Shown: one piece after another, positions 58,684 to 64,000 of the stretch
Layout of the letters: every line of letters starts with the position of its first letter
How positions within the stretch are numbered: position 1 is the first letter of the stretch
Assembly: GCA_021736985.1 (NCBI GenBank)
Contig: JAIPEW010000001.1
Span: 159,649-223,648 of the forward strand
From: Clostridiales bacterium
GTDB lineage: Bacteria; Bacillota; Desulfotomaculia; Desulfotomaculales; VENG01
DNA length: 64,000 bases
Direction of reading: 5' to 3'
Program-made: the position numbers and the translations under genes
Notes under the pieces: model-generated
Database searches by the model: none
Seen by the model: only the letters and a program-made list of their open reading frames with translations
Told to the model about the DNA's origin: nothing

Positions 58684-59706
58684 TTACTTGCAAAAATCCT
58701 GCAGCCAGTTCAACAAATCCGTGTCTTCATCCCAAGTAGGAATATCCTGTGTTACAACTTCCATATATGCAGATTCCAATGCCTTTCTTTTTACTTCTGA
58801 ATTTACCCTCGAATAAATCTCAGTTGTGGTAACGTTTACATGTCCCAAAAAATCCCTTATATAAATTATTGCTACACCAGCCTCCAGCAGATGTATTGCT
58901 TTCGTGTGCCGTAGCATATGAGGGTGTAAACTGTCAGGGAACAGAACTTCTGTATGGGCTTCCCTGGCCTTTTTCAAGTATTTTTGCAAGATGTATGTAA
59001 TGCCAGGTCTAGTTAATGGATGTCTTTTACTATTATAAAACAGCGGATGACTTTGATTGCCGTTTTCCAGCAAGCGATTCTCTATCATATAGTTCTCCAA
59101 CAGATATTTTGTTTTTTCCATAATGGGAATACATCTTTTTTTGTTTCCTTTTCCAGTTATAGTAACAGTTGCAGGTTTTATTAGGCGGATATCTCCCGCT
59201 TTTAAATCAATTAATTCCTGTACTCTTGCTCCAGTGTCATAAAGGGTGGCCATTATTGTTAAATCACGACGTCCCCTTTTTTTAGATGTATCGGGTTGTT
59301 CCAATAAATACTTCACGCTTTCCTGAGACAGATAATCAACCGTTTTCTTTTCCCTCTTTTTAAAGGGAATACCTATGATTCTTTGGCATTCTAACAGGAA
59401 TTCCGGGTTTTCTGACTGAGTATAACGGTAGAAACTGTGAATTGCTGCTAGCCTCTGATTACGAGTATTAATGCCAATATTGCGTTTTTTCTCCAGCCAA
59501 CTCAGAAAATCTTTAATGGTTTCTACTGTGATTTTATCAAAAGTAAGGTGCTCCGGATTAATGTTCCGTTCTGAGGCACAAAATTGCAGTAACTGCTTGA
59601 ATGTATCCCGGTAAGATTTAATTGTATTGGTACTAACATTGCGCTGGCCCGGAAGGTGCTCCGATAAAAATCGTGTCAGCGTTCTGGCAAAATCAGTTTG
59701 CTTCAT
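58684..59706 (-). CDS. ritC: tyrosine recombinase, third gene of trio
   Basis: GARVQEL (R), HMLRHTKAIHLL (HxxR) and GHVNVTTTEIYSRV (catalytic Y). It overlaps ritB by 14 nt. Confidence 0.8.
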   Translation of the reverse strand: MKQTDFARTLTRFLSEHLPGQRNVSTNTIKSYRDTFKQLLQFCASERNINPEHLTFDKITVETIKDFLSWLEKKRNIGINTRNQRLAAIHSFYRYTQSENPEFLLECQRIIGIPFKKREKKTVDYLSQESVKYLLEQPDTSKKRGRRDLTIMATLYDTGARVQELIDLKAGDIRLIKPATVTITGKGNKKRCIPIMEKTKYLLENYMIENRLLENGNQSHPLFYNSKRHPLTRPGITYILQKYLKKAREAHTEVLFPDSLHPHMLRHTKAIHLLEAGVAIIYIRDFLGHVNVTTTEIYSRVNSEVKRKALESAYMEVVTQDIPTWDEDTDLLNWLQDFCK

Positions 59707-60676
59707 GGAACGTTACCTCCGGTATTAAAGATGAAAAATTCCGTTCCACAGAAGCAATGATTTCTGGATATAAGTCGGCAGTTAGTCTTAAGTAATGCTG
59801 TGTGCCTCTTAAATCAACGTGCCCCAGATATGCAGAAAGATAGGGAAGGAGGTTAGTAAGGTCTTCTCCATTTAAAACCCATTTCTTTAAACAGTGCACA
59901 GAAAACGAATGTCGCAGATCATGGAGCCTTGGACCTTTTCCGCTATGGGAAATTCCAGCTTCCCAAAGGATCCGCCTAAACAGCTTGTATATCGTGGTTT
60001 CACTATAATGCCCTCCATACGGAGACGGGAAGAAAAATGTCTGACATGATGCACTAGAATGAATTTTGCTTGCAAACAGGCGGCAGCGTTCTGTTAGGCT
60101 TTTTGCCATTGGAACAATACGTTCTTTATTGAATTTTGTATCCCGTATAAATAGAGTTCCTCGCTTTAAGTCAACATCGTTAAGTGTTAAGTTTAGCGCT
60201 TCTGAAATTCTTAAACCACACCCGTACAGCAAACGGAAAATGAGTGGTAGTATTAGATGACGGTTGGGAGATACATTGGAAACGGGATAATTATCGCATA
60301 TGCTAAAAATACGTCTCATTTCTTCTTCAGAAAAGATGTAGGGAACATAGGAGTATCTTTCAATAGTAACAGCAGCATCCGGAAAGACATATGCCTCATA
60401 ACCGAGGCGTACCATGTATTTAGCAAATCCACGCACTATTGAAATTCTTGCATTCCTAGTACTATCTTTTTGATTTGGCTTCTTCTCGGTCCAAAGTAAT
60501 ACCAATGCCTTCGGAAGTTTCTTTTCCATCAAATGCTCTTTAACAGCTAAGGTGTCAAATTGCTTCAAAAGAGAGAAACCTTTTATATATTTATAGCCCA
60601 CAGCCCTTTTTTCTTCTATATATCCGGTAATAAGTTCACCGAGAATGCTTTCAAAAACAATAATCTTCTTAGACAC
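59693..60676 (-). CDS. ritB: tyrosine recombinase, second gene of trio
   Basis: GLRISEAL, HDLRHSFSVH and GHVDLRGTQHYLRL. I chose the GTG start at 60676, which overlaps the ritA stop (GTGTCTAA). The ORF is open from 60772. Confidence 0.75.
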   Translation of the reverse strand: MSKKIIVFESILGELITGYIEEKRAVGYKYIKGFSLLKQFDTLAVKEHLMEKKLPKALVLLWTEKKPNQKDSTRNARISIVRGFAKYMVRLGYEAYVFPDAAVTIERYSYVPYIFSEEEMRRIFSICDNYPVSNVSPNRHLILPLIFRLLYGCGLRISEALNLTLNDVDLKRGTLFIRDTKFNKERIVPMAKSLTERCRLFASKIHSSASCQTFFFPSPYGGHYSETTIYKLFRRILWEAGISHSGKGPRLHDLRHSFSVHCLKKWVLNGEDLTNLLPYLSAYLGHVDLRGTQHYLRLTADLYPEIIASVERNFSSLIPEVTFHEAN

Positions 60677-61910
60677 CCTTAAACACCTCTTCCGGGTCAA
60701 TGGCACATAAGCGCAATCCTTCAATTCCTGTATGCAGGTAGACGCCTGCAGACTTAGAATTGACATGTCCAAGTATTTCGGAGATTAGTGGCAAGGGTGT
60801 GCCCTGTTCGAGCAAATTACTTGCAAGTGTATGCCGGAGTGAGTGTAATCCGTGCCTTTTGCCCTTCGGAACAGTGATTCCGGAAAGCCTGGTATATTTG
60901 GTAATAATGTTATATAGATTAGCATCTCTCCCAAAGGCTTCATAAGGAGCATTCATCCGTATAAAAACAAAGGGTGAACTACTGACTGGACGTGCATTCT
61001 TTAAATAATCAATCAGTGCCCAGCCAATATCATTTAAAATGGGGTAAGTGACAGTGTTCTTGGTCTTATCCTGTCTTACTTCTATGATTTTTGATTGCCA
61101 ATTTAAATTCGATAACTTTAAAGATTTAATGTCTCCAACCCGTAATCCAAGCTTAACAACCAGAAGTAAAATGGCATAATCTCTTTTCCCAGTTGGATTT
61201 CCCCTATCAATACTTTCCAATAAACGTACGACATCTTCTTTATTCCAAACAGAAGGTACAGAAGGATAGTAATACTTGCTCTGTTTTGGGACTTTTAAGG
61301 ATAAGTCTTCATCTGTACATTGGTTTAAATAAAGAAACCTTAAAAAAACCCTGAGTGTTGTTAAAATTGAAGAAATGCTTTTTTCATGGTGCGGATATAT
61401 TGTTTTAACATAATCAGATATTATCTCCGGGGAAATATCATTTACATGCTGAATATTTCTGGCATCCAGATAGTCTATGAAAAAAAATAATCGCTGCATC
61501 CGTGTACGCAGCCCTCTTTTTGAATAATCGCTGTTATTACATTCTTCTTCATAAGCTGTTAGTTCTTTTTCAAACTGAGGGGGTTTTACATATCCGGGCT
61601 TTTTTACAATCCTTCGGATTATTACACCATGCAGCTGATAATCACCTAAAACTCTTATCATCCTGATGGGGGACTTAAATGTTTTGGGCATGGTTTCCGT
61701 ATAATAATTGATTGTACAGTTATATTTTTCTTTTAAAAATGCTCTCCCTAATTCCTCTGAATAATACAGTACTCCTTTTTCATTGGCAAACGCAATTATT
61801 CTTTTGTAAAATGCCCGAAACCCACATATTGAGTTGTAGGAATATTTCAGCCTTTCAAGTTCCTTCAATACTTCAGCGACAAGTTCATTGATGGTTCTTT
61901 TTTCTTCCAT
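60669..61910 (-). CDS. ritA: tyrosine recombinase, first gene of trio
   Basis: GLRVGDIKSL, HSLRHTLASNLL and GHVNSKSAGVYLHT. SD ggaggtg before the ATG. Confidence 0.8.
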   Translation of the reverse strand: MEEKRTINELVAEVLKELERLKYSYNSICGFRAFYKRIIAFANEKGVLYYSEELGRAFLKEKYNCTINYYTETMPKTFKSPIRMIRVLGDYQLHGVIIRRIVKKPGYVKPPQFEKELTAYEEECNNSDYSKRGLRTRMQRLFFFIDYLDARNIQHVNDISPEIISDYVKTIYPHHEKSISSILTTLRVFLRFLYLNQCTDEDLSLKVPKQSKYYYPSVPSVWNKEDVVRLLESIDRGNPTGKRDYAILLLVVKLGLRVGDIKSLKLSNLNWQSKIIEVRQDKTKNTVTYPILNDIGWALIDYLKNARPVSSSPFVFIRMNAPYEAFGRDANLYNIITKYTRLSGITVPKGKRHGLHSLRHTLASNLLEQGTPLPLISEILGHVNSKSAGVYLHTGIEGLRLCAIDPEEVFKGV

Positions 61911-62007
61911 ATGGCACCTCCAAGATTATTTTATATAATCTATTGTGAGGTGTTATGGAAAGAAATAATAGTATATATTTGTGCTACTGATGACATATAC
62001 CATTATT

Positions 62008-62041
62008 TCTTTCCATAAGTAAAAACTTTCGATAATTTCCG
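62008..62041. repeat. RIT terminal inverted repeat (ritA-proximal)
   Basis: tctttccataagtaaaaactttcgataatttccg is a perfect reverse complement of 58585-58618. Confidence 0.85.
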
Positions 62042-62358
62042 GTTCCCACAGCCCCTAACATCATCACATTTTCGTATTTTTCCATAAACACAAGGTCTTT
62101 TAACATATCTATGTTCAGCGTTTCCGGGAAACTAATGCAACCATTTTGCTCATAATCCTCAAATATTTTATGTTGGCTAAATCCAGCTTTCTTAATTAAT
62201 CTCTGGATTTTAGCTGACTGTCTTGCATGAAGTTCTGCCTGTAATATTTGTAATAGGAATTCTTCATTGGATTCAGCATTGATTTGTGGATATATTTTAG
62301 CCATATGTCCGAGTTTCAACTTTTTGCAGTATTCTTGTATGAGTGAAGCTGTATTCAT
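62036..62358 (-). pseudogene. istB: istB helper ATPase, N-terminal part (split by the RIT insertion)
   Basis: MNTASLIQEYCKKLKLGHMAKIY...NVMMLGAVGTG, then the frame runs into RIT end sequence. It overlaps the istA stop by 4 nt, as is typical for IS21. Confidence 0.8.
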
Positions 62359-63854
62359 GAAGCAACACCACGCTTTGAAAGCTGGTCATATGCACTTAAA
62401 TCTGGATCATAATTTTTTACTTCTTCGGGTGTATAATTTTCAGGTAAAGTATTTGTACTTACCTGAGGGTTAGCTAATTGGTATAACGCATGGCAGATAA
62501 TCCCCTCCTGGTCTTGTTGATAAATCGAAGTATTTTCAATAGCCTGGTTTATATTTTCCATAGAGTATCCTGTTTCAAACCATTTAATTAACCAACTGAT
62601 ACGCTTTTTCCGTTTAGAAAGATCAGATATATTTATATAGGTTTGAAGAGCTTTAGATAACTGTGAATAAACCCATGAATAAGGCACAGCCTTTGGTTTT
62701 ATCCGTATTAGCTCTAATTCTGCCATCCAATCGATCTCACGTTCTTTAAATGTGTACGGTCGGGGAAAAGAACCAATCTGTTCATGCTGCTCGTTTAATA
62801 CCTGGACTTGATCCCAGTAAACTTTGAGTAATACATTTTCATGCCTGCTCCCCCTGGGAATTGAGAAATGCTGTCCATCCCATTTGACTTTTCCGTATTT
62901 ATCTAAAATCGCATTAGATAATCGGTATACATCAAAAGGTTCCCGAGGCAATAACTTCATTTTCTTTTTTTCTTCTTCAAACAATATGCCAATAGGCTGC
63001 TGCTTTTCATAGTGTTTTTGTTGCAGATATTTTTCTGCTTTTTCTTTCATTTGTTTGTTGATAGATTCCCAAGAAGTTAGTTGAGGGAGTGGAACCATCC
63101 AGTTCCTCCGCGTACAGCCAACTTTATTTTCAACATTACCTTTTTCATGCCCTTCACCTACGTTACAAAATTCATGTTGAAAGCCGTAATGTAAAGCAAA
63201 CTGCCGGAAGAGTTCTGTAGTTTTTCGATCACGCCCCTGCACCTTTGCGACAGCTGCAGATAAATTGTCAAACCAAATTTTCCGGGGTACGGCATCTACA
63301 CATTTAAATAGTTCTTGTAATCCCGTTAGAAAACATTCTATGTTTTCACCTGGTAAAAACCAAAGGTAAGAGGCGTTGCTGTAAGGAAAAGACATCACAA
63401 GATACTTAACTTGAATTAATTTCTGTAGATGGGTAACTTCAGCAGTACCAAAATCGACTTGTGCTTCTCCCCCCGGATGCTGTAAGTCAAGGTATGTGTT
63501 TGTTGGCTTGGTTAGTTCCTTTTTTTTGTTAGCCACATAGGTTGTAACCGTACGTTGTCCACCGGTAAAGCCACATTCTTTCACCAATCGCTCATAAATG
63601 TGAATATTTGTATGCCTTTGCTTTTTCGGCCTTCTTTGATCTTCAAGTAACCAAGTATCGATAATGTCCAGATACGGTCCTAACACTGGATAAGTTTTCT
63701 TTCGGTGTCTAACTTCTATATTCCAGTTTTCTCGATCTGCGTATTTTTTAGCTGTTCTCCAATTTACATTCATTTTTTTAGCAATTGTATTAATTGACAG
63801 ACCTTCTTCATTTCTTAAAAATTTGATATACTCTAGTTGAGCCATTGCTAGCAT
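62355..63854 (-). CDS. istA: IS21-family transposase IstA
   Basis: N-terminal HTH (YIKFLRNEEGLSINTIAKKMNVNWRTAKKY), a DDE-type core (QVDFG...FDNLSAAV...HEKGNVEN), 499 aa, followed by istB. Confidence 0.85.
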   Translation of the reverse strand: MLAMAQLEYIKFLRNEEGLSINTIAKKMNVNWRTAKKYADRENWNIEVRHRKKTYPVLGPYLDIIDTWLLEDQRRPKKQRHTNIHIYERLVKECGFTGGQRTVTTYVANKKKELTKPTNTYLDLQHPGGEAQVDFGTAEVTHLQKLIQVKYLVMSFPYSNASYLWFLPGENIECFLTGLQELFKCVDAVPRKIWFDNLSAAVAKVQGRDRKTTELFRQFALHYGFQHEFCNVGEGHEKGNVENKVGCTRRNWMVPLPQLTSWESINKQMKEKAEKYLQQKHYEKQQPIGILFEEEKKKMKLLPREPFDVYRLSNAILDKYGKVKWDGQHFSIPRGSRHENVLLKVYWDQVQVLNEQHEQIGSFPRPYTFKEREIDWMAELELIRIKPKAVPYSWVYSQLSKALQTYINISDLSKRKKRISWLIKWFETGYSMENINQAIENTSIYQQDQEGIICHALYQLANPQVSTNTLPENYTPEEVKNYDPDLSAYDQLSKRGVAS

Positions 63855-63918
63855 CCTTTCTGTTTCCTCCCCATGAAAATATTAGCGTGTTTCCATGTAG
63901 GAGGTTAATAGATTTTAG

Positions 63919-63930
63919 GATGACTGGCAA
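63919..63930. repeat. IS21-family terminal inverted repeat (istA-proximal end)
   Basis: gatgactggcaa is the reverse complement of 58069-58080. Confidence 0.6.
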
Positions 63931-64000
63931 GGCTTTTTTTTATGTTGCAGAGTTCTGTATTTTTAGGCTGCATTCTTCTGTACTTTTATTTTGCCATAAA

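Larger units (their letters stand above)
58565..62041 (-). mobile_element. recombinase-in-trio (RIT) element: three overlapping tyrosine recombinase genes flanked by inverted repeats
   Basis: Three tandem overlapping integrase genes. 34-bp perfect inverted repeats at 58585-58618 and 62008-62041. tttccg is present at both junctions (58559-58564 and 62036-62041). Confidence 0.8.
58069..63930 (-). mobile_element. IS21-family insertion sequence (istA-istB) carrying a nested RIT element
   Basis: 12-bp terminal inverted repeat ttgccagtcatc (58069-58080) / gatgactggcaa (63919-63930) brackets istA and the two istB halves. Length without the nested element is about 2.38 kb. Confidence 0.75.

Noticed and set aside
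58470-58739. 89-aa plus-strand ORF spanning the istB/RIT junction.
   Set aside because: It runs antisense to istB and ritC and across the RIT inverted repeat. It has no SD and is explained by the mobile-element structure.
48467-64000. Search for a CRISPR array next to the type III cassette, in the upstream spacer, the 58063-58068 gap and 63931-64000.
   Set aside because: There are only two 24-25 nt direct repeats 80 bp apart. No series of 3 or more regularly spaced repeats of 28-37 nt exists. The 70 bp after the IS is too short to judge.

Overview
This 64 kb window looks like chromosome from a spore-forming Firmicute, probably Clostridia-like. I found no rRNA, tRNA or CRISPR array.

- **1-14.8 kb, housekeeping and sporulation block:** lysA 3' end, a DHH-CBS-poly(A) polymerase fusion, an M50 protease, trpS, ytfI/ytfJ-like genes, a ClC channel, spmA/spmB, rluB, a HutP-family gene, aroH and a YyaL-like thioredoxin-domain gene.
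- **15.2-24.7 kb, uncharacterised minus-strand operon:** five genes built around a 1971-aa membrane-anchored protein. Its centre is roughly 80 tandem G-[FY]-[DN]-x-x pentapeptides. A 510-aa HTH protein is encoded divergently.
- **26.8-48.5 kb, accessory and signalling genes:** an OYE-type flavin oxidoreductase, small proteins with FG-GAP/VCBS-like loops, an OmpR/HK pair, an HD-GYP protein, LytS/LytT with CstA, a second CCA/PAP-family enzyme, DUF3160 and several decayed genes.
- **48.9-58.1 kb, the most notable locus:** a visibly more AT-rich type III-D-like CRISPR-Cas effector cassette. It is led by a Can2/Card1-like CARF nuclease. The other genes are a compact HD-less Cas10, Cas7, Csx10-like Cas5 with a possible Cas11 tail, Cas7-2x, Csx19-like and Cas7-insertion. 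No CRISPR array, cas6 or cas1/cas2 is visible.
- **58.07-63.93 kb, nested mobile elements:** an IS21-family element starts 6 nt after the last cas stop codon. Its istB is split cleanly by a 3.5 kb recombinase-in-trio (RIT) element. Removing the RIT in silico restores an intact 264-codon istB.

All protein-family calls come from motifs read by eye. None has been checked against a database.
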